From contig OZ024747.1 in the NCBI GenBank assembly GCA_964016885.1, forward strand, positions 44,702,001 to 44,766,000: a DNA stretch of 64,000 nt, written 5' to 3'. A model generated the notes under the pieces. It was not told the origin of the DNA and did not search any database. It saw nothing but the letters and a program-made list of their open reading frames with translations. The stretch is from Eledone cirrhosa. Its lineage: Eukaryota. Position numbers and translations under genes: made by a program. Positions 13,760 through 26,204 of this stretch are shown here, piece by piece (positions within the stretch are counted from its first letter, which is position 1; every line of letters begins with the position of its first letter).

Positions 13760-14092
13760 GGCTGGCTGTGTGAGTGAAGGCATGGCTGTGTGTGAGTGTA
13801 GGCATGGCTGTGTGTGGGTGTAGGCATGGCTAAAGTGAGTATAGGCATGGTTGTGGGAATCAGGTAGGGTTGAGTGTGTATAGCATAGCTGTGTGAGTAC
13901 AGGCATAGCTGTGTGAGTACAGGTATAGCTGTGTGAGTACAGACATAGCTGTGTGAGTATGGGCATAGCTGTGTGAGTACAGGTATAGCTGTGTGAGTAC
14001 AGACATAGCTGTGTGAGTACAGGCATAGCTGTGTGAGTACAGGTATAGCTGTGTGAGTACAGACATAGCTGTGTGAGTATGGGCATAGCTGT
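13760..14092. repeat. 20-bp minisatellite
   Basis: Unit catagctgtgtgagtacagg, nearly perfect at 13884-14092 and degenerate to the left. Confidence 0.9.
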
Positions 14093-14420
14093 CCGACTTC
14101 CACACCGATCTCAAACTGTGGCACGCCACCCCAGGCATTGCTCTTCCTCTCAACCACATCATCTTCCATATTCCCAATCTTTGCTCCCAAATACAGGAAG
14201 TCCTCAACCAATTCTAGCGGCTTCCCACCTACATTAGCAATCTTCTCTGACTTCTTAATATTCTCTACCAGATATTCCGTCTTAATCTCATTCATTTTCA
14301 GCCCCACACTCATCGACACAGTCTCCACCTCCCGCATCAAATTCTCTGCCCCCTTCACTGTGTTTGTCACCAAAACAATGTCGTCGGCGAATTCAGCATC
14401 CGATATCTTTTTTGCCTTAA
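14093..14420 (-). mobile_element. RTE-like LINE RT fragment
   Basis: ISDAEFADDIVL...GLKMNEIKTE...LELVEDFLYLG. Confidence 0.85.
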
Positions 14421-14489
14421 CTCTCCTGGTGTTTCTCCAGCGCAAGGCACATACAATAGTCCACTACAATGATAAACTATGATTTTACG

Positions 14490-14700
14490 TTTGCTTTTCC
14501 CTGCTTGCAATGGTGTGACAGGTCCTCTTCAGCACAGCATCTCTCCACTTGTCACGGTCCTTCGTCATCTCCACCGTGAGCTTCAGCGATCTTAGGTCTG
14601 CTCTTACCATCCCCGCCCATGTTTTTCGTGGTCTACCTCTACTACGTCTTCCTTCAACTGGCATTTCTTGGCACTTCTTCACCCATCGATCAGATACAAA
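14490..14700 (-). mobile_element. RTE LINE 3'-end fragment
   Basis: WVKKC...VEGRRSRGRPRKTW...DRDKWR. Confidence 0.8.
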
Positions 14701-14902
14701 TGCACGTAGATGCACTACAACTATATCCTAACAGATATTAAATTGTAAAGTGGGTTCAGTTTTTTCAAATAAGATATTTCATTTTTTTTTTTCTTCCATT
14801 CACTATTCCTAATTACTTTGTAGATATAATGATATAATGTAAATATATATTATATCTAGGAAATATTGCCTTCTGCAAATGATGCTGATACTGATATATA
14901 TA

Positions 14903-14989
<87 letters not shown>

Positions 14990-15052
14990 ATATATATAGG
15001 GAAAGATGAGGATGAATACAGTGATGTAGGATATATTGGAAATAATGATGGA

Positions 15053-18000
15053 TGTGATGATGATAATGATGTTGATGGTAGAGATGGTGGCTGGGGTGTT
15101 GATGACGGTGATTATGATGGTAGTGGTGGTGGTTGTGATGATGATAATGATGTTGATGGTAGAGATGGTGGCTGGGGTGTTGATGACGGTGATTATGATG
15201 GTAGTGGTGGTGGTTGTGATGATGATGTTGATGTTGATGGTAGAGATGGTGGCTGGGGTGTTGATGACGGTGATTATGATGGTAGTGGTGGTGGTTGTGA
15301 TGATGATAATGATGTTGATGGTAGAGATGGTGGCTGGGGTGTTGATGACGGTGATTATGATGGTAGTGGTGGTGGTTGTGATGATGATAACGATGTTGAT
15401 GGTAGAGATGGTGGCTGGGGTGTTGATGACGGTGATTATGATGGTAGTGGTGGTGGTTGTGATGATGATAATGATGTTGATGGTAGAGATGGTGGCTGGG
15501 GTGTTGATGACGGTGATTATGATGGTAGTGGTGGTGGTTGTGATGATGATGTTGATGTTGATGGTAGAGATGGTGGCTGGGGTGTTGATGACGGTGATTA
15601 TGATGGTAGTGGTGGTGGTTGTGATGATGATGTTGATGTTGATGGTAGAGATGGTGGCTGGGGTGTTGATGACGGTGATTATGATGGTAGTGGTGGTGGT
15701 TGTGATGATGATGTTGATGTTGATGGTAGAGATGGTGGCTGGGGTGTTGATGACGGTGATTATGATGGTAATGGTGGTGGTTGTGATGATGATGTTGATG
15801 TTGATGGTAGAGATGGTGGCTGGGGTGTTGATGACGGTGATTATGATGGTAGTGGTGGTGGTTGTGATGATGATAACGATGTTGATGGTAGAGATGGTGG
15901 CTGGGGTGGTGATGACGGTGATTATGATGGTAGTGGTGGTGGTTGTGATGATGATAATGATGTTGATGGTAGAGATGGTGGCTGGGGTGTTGATGACGGT
16001 GATTATGATGGTAGTGGTGGTGGTTGTGATGATGATGTTGATGTTGATGGTAGAGATGGTGGCTGGGGTGGTGATGACGGTGATTATGATGGTAGTGGTG
16101 GTGGTTGTGATGATGATGTTGATGTTGATGGTAGAGATGGTGGCTGGGGTGGTGATGACGGTGATTATGATGGTAGTGGTGGTGGTTGTGATGATGATAA
16201 CGATGTTGATGGTAGAGATGGTGGCTGGGGTGTTGATGACGGTGATTATGATGGTAGTGGTGGTGGTTGTGATGATGATAATGATGTTGATGGTAGAGAT
16301 GGTGGCTGGGGTGTTGATGACGGTGATTATGATGGTAGTGGTGGTGGTTGTGATGATGATGTTGATGTTGATGGTAGAGATGGTGGCTGGGGTGGTGATG
16401 ACGGTGATTATGATGGTAGTGGTGGTGGTTGTGATGATGATGTTGATGTTGATGGTAGAGATGGTGGCTGGGGTGGTGATGACGGTGATTATGATGGTAG
16501 TGGTGGTGGTTGTGATGATGATAACGATGTTGATGGTAGAGATGGTGGCTGGGGTGTTGATGACGGTGATTATGATGGTAGTGGTGGTGGTTGTGATGAT
16601 GATAACGATGTTGATGGTAGAGATGGTGGCTGGGGTGTTGATGACGGTGATTATGATGGTAGTGGTGGTGGTTGTGATGATGATAATGATGTTGATGGTA
16701 GAGATGGTGGCTGGGGTGTTGATGACGGTGATTATGATGGTAGTGGTGGTGGTTGTGATGATGATAATGATGTTGAAGGTAGAGATGGTGGCTGGGGTGT
16801 TGATGACGGTGATTATGATGGTAGTGGTGGTGGTTGTGATGATGATAATGATGTTGAAGGTAGAGATGGTGGCTGGGGTGTTGATGACGGTGATTATGAT
16901 GGTAGTGGTGGTGGTTGTGATGATGATAACGATGTTGAAGGTAGAGATGGTGGCTGGGGTGGTGATGACGGTGATTATGATGGTAGTGGTGGTGGTTGTG
17001 ATGATGATAATGATGTTGATGGTAGAGATGGTGGGTGGGGTGGTGATGACGGTGATTATGATGGTAGTGGTGGTGGTTGTGATGATGATGTTGATGTTGA
17101 AGGTAGAGATGGTGGCTGGGGTGTTGATGACGGTGATTATGATGGTAGTGGTGGTGGTTGTGATGATGATAATGATGTTGAAGGTAGAGATGGTGGCTGG
17201 GGTGTTGATGACGGTGATTATGATGGTAGTGGTGGTGGTTGTGATGATGATAATGATGTTGAAGGTAGAGATGGTGGCTGCGGTGTTGATGACGGTGATT
17301 ATGATGGTAGTGGTGGTGGTTGTGATGATGATAATGATGTTGAAGGTAGAGATGGTGGCTGGGGTGTTGATGACGGTGATTATGATGGTAGTGGTGGTGG
17401 TTGTGATGATGATAATGATGTTGAAGGTAGAGATGGTGGCTGCGGTGTTGATGACGGTGATTATGATGGTAGTGGTGGTGGTTGTGATGATGATAATGAT
17501 GTTGATGGTAGAGATGGTGGCTGGGGTGTTGATGACGGTGATTATGATGGTAATGGTGGTGGTTGTGATGATGATAATGATGTTGAAGATAGAGATGGTG
17601 GCTGCGGTGTTGATGACGGTGATTATGATGGTAGTGGTGGTGGTTGTGATGATGATAATGATGTTGAAGGTAGAGATGGTGGCTGGGGTGTTGATGACGG
17701 TGATTATGATGGTAGTGGTGGTGGTTGTGATGATGATAACGATGTTGATGGTAGAGATGGTGGGTGGGGTGGTGATGAGGGTGATTATGATGGTAATGGT
17801 GGTGGTTGTGATGATGATAATGATGTTGAAGGTAGAGATGGTGGCTGCGGTGTTGATGACGGTGATTATGATGGTAGTGGTGGTGGTTGTGATGATGATA
17901 ACGATGTTGATGGTAGAGATGGTGGGTGGGGTGGTGATGAGGGTGATTATGATGGTAATGGTGGTGGTTGTGATGATGATAATGATGTTGAAGGTAGAGA

Positions 18001-19605
18001 TGGTGGGTGGGGTGTTGATGACGGTGATTATGATGGTAGTGGTGGTGGTTGTGATGATGATAATGATGTTGAAGGTAGAGATGGTGGCTGGGGTGTTGAT
18101 GACGGTGATTATGATGGTAGTGGTGGTGGTTGTGATGATGATAACGATGTTGATGGTAGAGATGGTGGCTGGGGTGTTGATGACGGTGATTATGATGGTA
18201 ATGGTGGTGGTTGTGATGATGATAATGATGTTGATGGTAGAGATGGTGGCTGGGGTGTTGATGACGGTGATTATGATGGTAATGGTGGTGGTTGTGATGA
18301 TGATGTTGATGTTGATGGTAGAGATGGTGGCTGGGGTGGTGATGACGGTGATTATGATGGTAATGGTGGTGGTTGTGATGATGATAACGATGTTGATGGT
18401 AGAGATGGTGGCTGGGGTGGTGATGACGGTGATTATGATGGTAGTGGTGGTGGTTGTGATGATGATAACGATGTTGATGGTAGAGATGGTGGCTGGGGTG
18501 TTGATGACGGTGATTATGATGGTAATGGTGGTGGTTGTGATGATGATAACGATGTTGATGGTAGAGATGGTGGGTGGGGTGGTGATGACGGTGATTATGA
18601 TGGTAGTGGTGGTGGTTGTGATGATGATAACGATGTTGATGGTAGAGATGGTGGCTGGGGTGTTGATGACGGTGATTATGATGGTAATGGTGGTGGTTGT
18701 GATGATGATAATGATGTTGATGGTAGAGATGGTGGCTGGGGTGGTGATGACGGTGATTATGATGGTAATGGTGGTGGTTGTGATGATGATAATGATGTTG
18801 ATGGTAGAGATGGTGGCTGGGGTGTTGATGACGGTGATTATGATGGTAGTGGTGGTGGTTGTGATGATGATAATGATGTTGATGGTAGAGATGGTGGCTG
18901 GGGTGTTGATGACGGTGATTATGATGGTAGTGGTGGTGGTTGTGATGATGATAATGATGTTGAAGGTAGAGATGGTGGCTGGGGTGTTGATGACGGTGAT
19001 TATGATGGTAGTGGTGGTGGTTGTGATGATGATAATGATGTTGAAGGTAGAGATGGTGGCTGGGGTGTTGATGACGGTGATTATGATGGTAGTGGTGGTG
19101 GTTGTGATGATGATAACGATGTTGATGGTAGAGATGGTGGCTGGGGTGTTGATGACGGTGATTATGATGGTAGTGGTGGTGGTTGTGATGATGATAATGA
19201 TGTTGAAGGTAGAGATGGTGGCTGGGGTGTTGATGACGGTGATTATGATGGTAGTGGTGGTGGTTGTGATGATGATGTTGATGTTGATGGTAGAGATGAT
19301 GGCTGGGGTGGTGATGACGGTGATTATGATGGTAGTGGTGGTGGTTGTGATGATGATAACGATGTTGAAGGTAGAGATGGTGGCTGGGGTGTTGATGACG
19401 GTGATTATGATGGTAATGGTGGTGGTTGTGATGATGATAATGATGTTGATGGTAGAGATGGTGGCTGGGGTGTTGATGACGGTGATTATGATGGTAATGG
19501 TGGTGGTTGTGATGATGATAACGATGTTGATGGTAGAGATGGTGGGTGGGGTGGTGATGACGGTGATTATGATGGTAATGGTGGTGGTTGTGATGATGAT
19601 GTTGA
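15053..19605. repeat. 81-bp minisatellite, ~56 copies
   Basis: The period is 81 (the sequence at 15061 recurs at 16681, 20 x 81 later). The unit translates in one frame to DDDNDVDGRDGGWGVDDGDYDGSGGGC, and I saw no indels. Confidence 0.97.
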
Positions 19606-19777
19606 TATTAATGATGTAAAAAAGTAAAACAACAACAACCAAACAATTAATCAGTCCATTACATTATACAAAATGAAAAAAAAAAATAGTTTTCTGTAAT
19701 AAAGACTTCTTTTCTTACTGCAGAAAATATATAAACTCCTTTCATCTGTAGAATTCTAGAAAATTCTTTATATCACA

Positions 19778-19899
19778 ACACACACACACACACACATACA
19801 CACATGCATATATATATGTATATATACATACACACACATACATACACACACGCATGCATACATACACGCATGCATACATATACACACACATACATATAT

Positions 19900-19930
<31 letters not shown>

Positions 19931-20125
19931 CATACATACATATATATATACATACACACACATACTTATATTTACATACACACATATACATACACACACA
20001 CACATACATACACACACGCATGCATACATATACACACACATACACACACACACATACACACACACACGCACACATACACACATGAACACATGCACACACA
20101 CACACATGCACACATATACATACAC
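19778..20125. repeat. CA/TA compound microsatellite
   Basis: Seen directly. Confidence 0.9.
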
Positions 20126-21172
20126 TCAAAAACAAATCAATAAAATAAATAATTAAGTAGATAAAAAAATAAACCAGAAATTTGTGATTTCTCATATAAA
20201 TACCATAATTCTAATTTACATTACATTTCAAATGAAGTTAGAAACAACAACAACAACAAGAAAAAGAAAACTATCGGCAAGATAATTGTATCCTTGAAAA
20301 CTATCTCGATAGCTTAATTTGCTTCTTAATCTACCTTACTGGATATTTATTTATTTTGTGTTTTCCTTATAGCTTTGCTTCTAGTCCCATCCTTTTTATT
20401 ATTGTTTTTTTTTTAGTTGCTTTTATTAAGTTCTATTTCTGTTATTTATGAAAAAATAATAACAAAAAAATAACAAAGTCAAATTTAAACAAAGTGAGAT
20501 AACTTAGCACAAAATATCTCAATTTCACTTGAATATTATTATTACTAATATTTTTTTTTTTTGTATTTGATTTTTGATTTATCCCCATTAAATAGTTTTT
20601 AGAATATTCCATTATGGAAAATTTCAAACCATTTTCAACGAAGTACAATTTTTCTGATATCTTGTTTTCAGGTGATTTTTATATTTTCTCTTAGTCCTTT
20701 TCCTCTCTTCTCTACTTGAAGAAAATATCCGTTAGGTTTTAATTCATAGTCTGGCTTTTTTTTTTTTTTAGTTTATTCTTCCTAATATTTTTATTTTATT
20801 TTCTAGAATTTTATGCATTTCTACATTATGATATGGTCAGTTGACATTAAAGTTGTTGTTGTTATTTAGCCCTGAGTCAGTCAGCACTAAAACTTTTGAT
20901 TAAAGGCATTGACCATCATGTCTCTATTTCCTTTTATTTTATTGTAACATTTATTGAATAGCTGATATTACTTATTTAACACAACAATGGTTTTTATGCC
21001 AGCAAACTTTTTTCACCCCTGCATCATCCACATGTAACCTAGACACTTCATGCCAAGCCTGCGCTTGTTTCAAGAAAACAGCCCTCAAAAAACATCCCCC
21101 ATTGGGGTGAAGTCATCCTGTTTTCCTTCAGCAGCAAAAAACAAAATCACTGCATTGTAAAGTATTAGTGAT

Positions 21173-22058
21173 GGTGCCATGGTAAAAAGCACCCAGTCTA
21201 TTCTATTAGGTAGTTGTACTGGTGCCATAATAAAATGCACCCAGTCCACCCTGTTAGGTGGTTATGAAGGTGCCATGGTAAAAAGCACCCAGTCTATTCT
21301 ATTAGGTGGTAGTGCTGATGCCACAATAAATTGCACCCAGTCCACCCTGTTAGGTGGTAGTGCTGATGCCACAATAAATTGCACCCAGTCCACCCTGTAA
21401 GGGGGTAGTGCTGATGACACAATAAAAAGCACCCAGTCCACCCTGTTAGGTGGTAAGGCTGATGCCACAATAAATTGCACCCATTCCACCCTGTTAGGTG
21501 GTAGTGCTGATGCCACAATAAATTGCACCCAGTCCACCCTGTTAGGTGGTAGTGCTGATGACACAATAAAAAGCACCCAGTCCACCCTGTTAGGTGGTAG
21601 TGCTGATGCCACAATAAATTGCACCCAGTCCACCCTGTAAGGGGGTAGTGCTGGTGCTACAATAAAATGCACCCAGTCCACCCTGTTAGGTGGTAGTGCT
21701 GATGCCACAATAAATTGCACCCAGTCCACCCTGTTAGGTGGTAGTGCTGATGCCACAATAAAATGCACCCAGTCCACCCTGTTAGGTGGTAGTACTGATG
21801 ACAATAAAAAGCACCCAGTCCACCCTGTTAGGTGGTAGTGCTGATGCCACAATAAAAAGCACCCAGTCCACCCTGTTAGGTGGTAGTACTGATGACACAA
21901 TAAAAAGCACCCAGTCTATTGTATTAGGTGGTAGTGCTGATGCCACAATAAAATGCACCCAGTCCACCCTGTTAGGTGGTAGTACTGATGACACAATAAA
22001 AAGCACCCAGTCCACCCTGTTAGGTGGTAGTGGCAATACTATAAAATGCCCCCAGTAC
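21173..22058 (+). repeat. 48-bp tandem array (~18 copies) amplified from an internal segment of SINE family B
   Basis: Unit aataaattgcacccagtccaccctgttaggtggtagtgctgatgccac, running directly into the family-B 3' end. Confidence 0.9.
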
Positions 22059-22215
22059 ATGTTGGTGTTCTAGGAGGATACCCAGCTGTAGAAACCATGA
22101 CAATGGAACATCCAAGTGAGATGTAATCATCTGACCTGTCTAGCCTCAGAATATGACAACCTGTCAAACCCATGCAAGCATGGAAAATGGACATAAAATG
22201 GTGATGATGATGACA
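22059..22215 (+). mobile_element. SINE family B 3' end with (GAT)n tail
   Basis: ccagctgtagaaac...aaacccatgcaagcatggaaaatggac...gatgatga. Confidence 0.75.
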
Positions 22216-22392
22216 TCAAGAAAACTCTGTCATAGCTCCCACCTTAAACACTGAACATGATGCAATCAGAGCTCTCATGATAACTTCAAATGCTAGACCT
22301 TGCTATCATTAAAAATGTCTTCTGGAAAACATACATCCTTAATCATTTTAATACTAACCCAGGCCAAACCACATTTCCTCTAAAATGTTCAG

Positions 22393-22431
<39 letters not shown>

Positions 22432-22444
22432 CACACACACAAAC

Positions 22445-22590
22445 AGACTTAGATTGGCTATGTACATCACCTATGAAATTCCACTCACAAGGCATTGGCA
22501 AACTGGAGTCTATAGTAGAAGACACTTTACCAAGATGTACAGTAATATCAAATTTGAAACCATGATAGATAAGGTCCTCAAACATTTACC
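22445..22590 (-). mobile_element. tRNA-SINE family C, diverged (relatives at ~42940-43110, 47610-47780, 54265-54380, 60250-60375)
   Basis: Shared ctatagtagaagacactt(g/t) core and tRNA-like head. Confidence 0.55.
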
Positions 22591-23267
22591 ATTCTCACAC
22601 AGGTAGTTGGGATATGATCACATGAAGCTATGTTACAAAGACATTCTCAAAAACTACCAAACAATATTATGACTGCATCACATTAACTATTAATGTCTTT
22701 ACTATAATATTGCAAATTTTCACAGTTATCTGTCCACTAGTAAAGATACTTTAAACATTAATTAACAAACTTATATTTAGATACTTTCTGCTAAATCATT
22801 TCAGGATGTTAATAGTTAAAATACTCACACTGAGACTTATGCATATTCATTTTACATTGGTTTTTCTTTTGCAATAGATAATATCAACAGTAGAAAGACC
22901 TTGGTTCGATTTGATGAGTTCCACTCCTCTCAGTAAGCAAGTGAGGTCTGGCATCTTGACGAATGATTTAATTATACATAAATATATTGTATATACTTCC
23001 ATATAGGCCTCTAAATTTATAATGATTTACATATATACACCTATTGATAGTTTTTCCTTCATTTAGATATATTTTTTATATCCATACTCTCACTTATTCA
23101 CTATTTATATTACCACTTGCTCTGTCTCTCTCTTCATACACACATATGAGACACTTTTGAATATTTGTTTTTGTAAGTGCATATATGGAGGGGCAATTTA
23201 AAAGTTTATGCAAGTGAATTAGTGCCTGTATGTTTGTTTGTGTATAGCGGTGAGAGTGTGGTTGTAT

Positions 23268-23520
23268 ATCATCATCATCATCATCATCATCGTTTAACGT
23301 CCGTGTTCCATGCTTGCATGGGTTTGGACGGAGGGTTTTCCCACTTGAGGCAAGAGTGGTTATCTTGCTCGCATAGGACTGTCTGGCGGGTTTTCTACAG
23401 CTGGATGCCCTTCCTAACACCAACCACATTTACAGTGTGGGGCTGGGAGGTTTTTACCGTGTTGCCTACACGGCCACATTACAGCGTGAACTGTGTGTTT
23501 TTTTGACGTGACACCTACAC
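23268..23520 (-). mobile_element. SINE family B
   Basis: (CAT)n tail then gtttaacgtcc...ttctacagctggatgcccttcctaacacc. It is nearly identical to 56350-56603. Confidence 0.85.
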
Positions 23521-23563
23521 GATCTCATTTGTTTCGGCCTGGATGTTGTGGCACCAACATAAC

Positions 23564-23591
<28 letters not shown>

Positions 23592-23595
<4 letters not shown>

Positions 23596-24245
23596 CGAAG
23601 AAATAGATGAAAGAGAAGCAAGCTGTTAAAATATATTTATAAGAAGCTCTTACACATGTTACGTTCCTCAGAGGTTCACAAGAAAATAAAGGGTTTAATT
23701 AGGAACCCTGAATAGGTTATATATATATATATATATACAGTATAGTAATAATAATAAATTTGAAGACTAAAATCCAAAGAGGGCTCGATAAGGATAAATA
23801 TATATCAAATATATAAGAACCATAGAGCAAATATTTATTAAAATAACAGATTAAAATTTAAGCAAAGAATCGCTGCTTTCACCCTTAACGGGATCTTCTG
23901 AAACTAAAAAAATCAATCTGTGAACGCAAAAGTAAATATTTCGAAGAACGTTGCAACCAAAGGAAGACAGGAAGACGATACTTTGGTTCGTGGAAACGTT
24001 CCCTGGCAATGAACGGAAAAATCGAAGATAATACGTCATTATGTGGCGCGATGAGAACAATTACACGCAAAGACAAAACCACGTTTATGGTATAACTGAA
24101 GTCGTAGACTAAAATTCTATCTAGGAAACCGAATGATTCTCAGCTTCAGAGTTAAGAATAATGTAAATAAATTACAGAGGTAATGGAAATCAAGAAAAAT
24201 TAAATATATACCATCCATAAACACCCATAAATGCACCCATCTATA
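23592..24245. mobile_element. Possible Penelope-like element remnants embedded in (TA)n
   Basis: (TA)n on both sides of 23592-23718; RTIEQIFIK resembles a GIY-YIG C-terminus; degenerate hammerhead-like motifs are present. Confidence 0.35.
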
Positions 24246-24415
24246 AACATACATACACATGCATACGCGAAAACGCCCGCCATGGGTATGCAAATACAAG
24301 CACATACACAAAAAAAACACGCATGCACATACATGTATATATATGTGTGTGTGTGTGTGTATAAATAAAATATGGAGAGAAAGCAAGTTTAAAATAATAA
24401 TTCAATGAATGATAC

Positions 24416-24603
24416 AATAATTGTTTCTACTTTAGGCACAAGGCCAGCAATTACCCAGTGCATTACTGGTACTTTATTATATCGACCCCGTAAGGATGAA
24501 AGGCAAAGTCAACCTCGGTGGGATTTGAACTCAGATCGTAAAGGGACGCAACTATGCTGCAAAGCATAGCAACCGACCCTCTACCGATACTGCCAATCCA
24601 CCA
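24416..24603 (-). mobile_element. tRNA-SINE family A
   Basis: Full-length reverse copy. Confidence 0.85.
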
Positions 24604-24839
24604 ATGTTACATATTGTTGGGTGAATATAGTGTACATATTTTTTCATTGTGTATAATAACACAGATGTTCATAATTATTTATCAATTTCTTGTTGCTAAT
24701 GTATATACAGATGTAAACCTTGAATAATTATTGATTATTTTTTATGAGTGTAGATATCCATCAATATTACTTTCTTGTAACATGGTACCTGGCCACATTT
24801 GTAAGGGGGGATCATTGCGAAAACTGCTGGGGTATTTAG

Positions 24840-25205
24840 TTATGGACCCTATATTCTGAGTTCAATTATTGCTAAGGCCAACTTTGTCTTTCATCTTTCC
24901 AGTGTCAATAAAATAAAATACAAGTTAAGTACAGTTTGATTTAATTGACTTTCCCTTCCCATCAAACTGCTGGCCTTGTGCTTAAAATCAGAAACAAGAA
25001 TTATTATAGAGTATATGGCAGTGGATTGGCAGATTCGGTAGAGGGTCGGACGCCATGCTTTCCAGCATAGAGTTACGTCCCTTTATGGTCTGAGTTCAAA
25101 TCCCGCCGAGGTTAACTGTCATCCTTACGGGGTCGATAAAATAAAGTACCAGTAATGCACTGGGGTAATTGCTGGCCTTGTGGCAAAAGTAGAAACAATT
25201 ATATT
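24840..25205 (+). mobile_element. Two family-A SINEs (old partial copy plus young copy)
   Basis: The young copy at ~25016-25200 is flanked by the TSD ttattatagagtat. Confidence 0.85.
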
Positions 25206-25244
25206 ATTATAGAGTATTACTGGACTTATTTTCTCTTGTGTTTG

Positions 25245-25490
25245 GCAACAAGCCTAGGTACTGTGGCTTGTAAGGAGAGGAGTGAAAGATATTTGACCAC
25301 TTCTTTATTGTGCCAATTGCCATAGAGACCTCTTGTGTCCTCAGTTCCCGAACTGCAGTTTTCTTCTGCAAAATCAGGCAGAAATCATCCTGTGCGAGGA
25401 AGGAGCCTCACGAGAAAGAATGGCTGATGCAGCAGGTGTCTCTGGCTCTGGGTGTTATCTGGTGCAATGCTTTCACCGTCTTGTCCACAT
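25245..25490 (+). mobile_element. CRE-clade non-LTR 3' fragment
   Basis: VPIAIETS...EPHEKEWLMQQVSLA...NAF is homologous to 58880-59045. Confidence 0.7.
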
Positions 25491-25494
25491 GGCA

Positions 25495-25660
25495 CATCAT
25501 CATCTCATCATCTTCGTTTAACGTCCATCTTCCACGCTAGCATGGGTTAGACGGGAGTTGTCCCACTTGAGGCAAGGTTGGTTGGGTGACCGTGTCTCGC
25601 CCACATAGCACTGTACATGGCAGGTTTTCTACGGCTGGATGTCCTTCCTAACACCAGCAC
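25495..25660 (-). mobile_element. SINE family B fragment
   Basis: gtttaacgtcc...catgggttag...ttctacggctggatg. Confidence 0.75.
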
Positions 25661-25916
25661 AGCTGAGATATATTGTTGAACCATTGTGTTGAGTTTGTGC
25701 CACCTCTTCCCTCTTTTTTTTTTATTATTCAATTTCCCCCTACCCCTTTTTTCTCTTCCCATTTATTATGTCAAACCTTTTAAAAATATACTTAGATCAT
25801 TGTATACTTTCGTTTTTGTTGTAAAGTACGTACCTGCAGAAGATATGAGAAGTGACATATGTGGGGTGGGGGTGGGGGGATAAGTTAGATCTGTAGGTAT
25901 TGACTGTCAAACACTA

Positions 25917-25954
<38 letters not shown>

Positions 25955-26009
25955 GGAATGTTCATATTCCACACTTCAGACCCAACCAACTCTCAGCAGC
26001 ATGGAAAAA

Positions 26010-26013
26010 CAAA

Positions 26014-26060
<47 letters not shown>

Positions 26061-26108
26061 ATGAATAAATAAATAAATAAATAAATAAAAAATAAATAAA
26101 AAATAAAC
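26010..26108. repeat. (AAAT)n
   Basis: Seen directly. Confidence 0.95.
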
Positions 26109-26204
26109 ATGGGAAAATGATGATGAGGACTAAAATAATCATGAGCATTATGGCAGGGAAGGTGGTGGTGACTATGGTAATTATGGTTGAGGTATTGGTT
26201 GTGA

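Noticed and set aside
14813-19642. 1609-aa Ile/Thr and 1527-aa Met/Val ORFs
   Set aside because: They are by-products of a stop-poor 81-bp repeat, with starts in simple sequence.
21173-22058. CRISPR-like regular repeats
   Set aside because: There are no unique spacers or cas genes, the context is eukaryotic, and the unit derives from a SINE.
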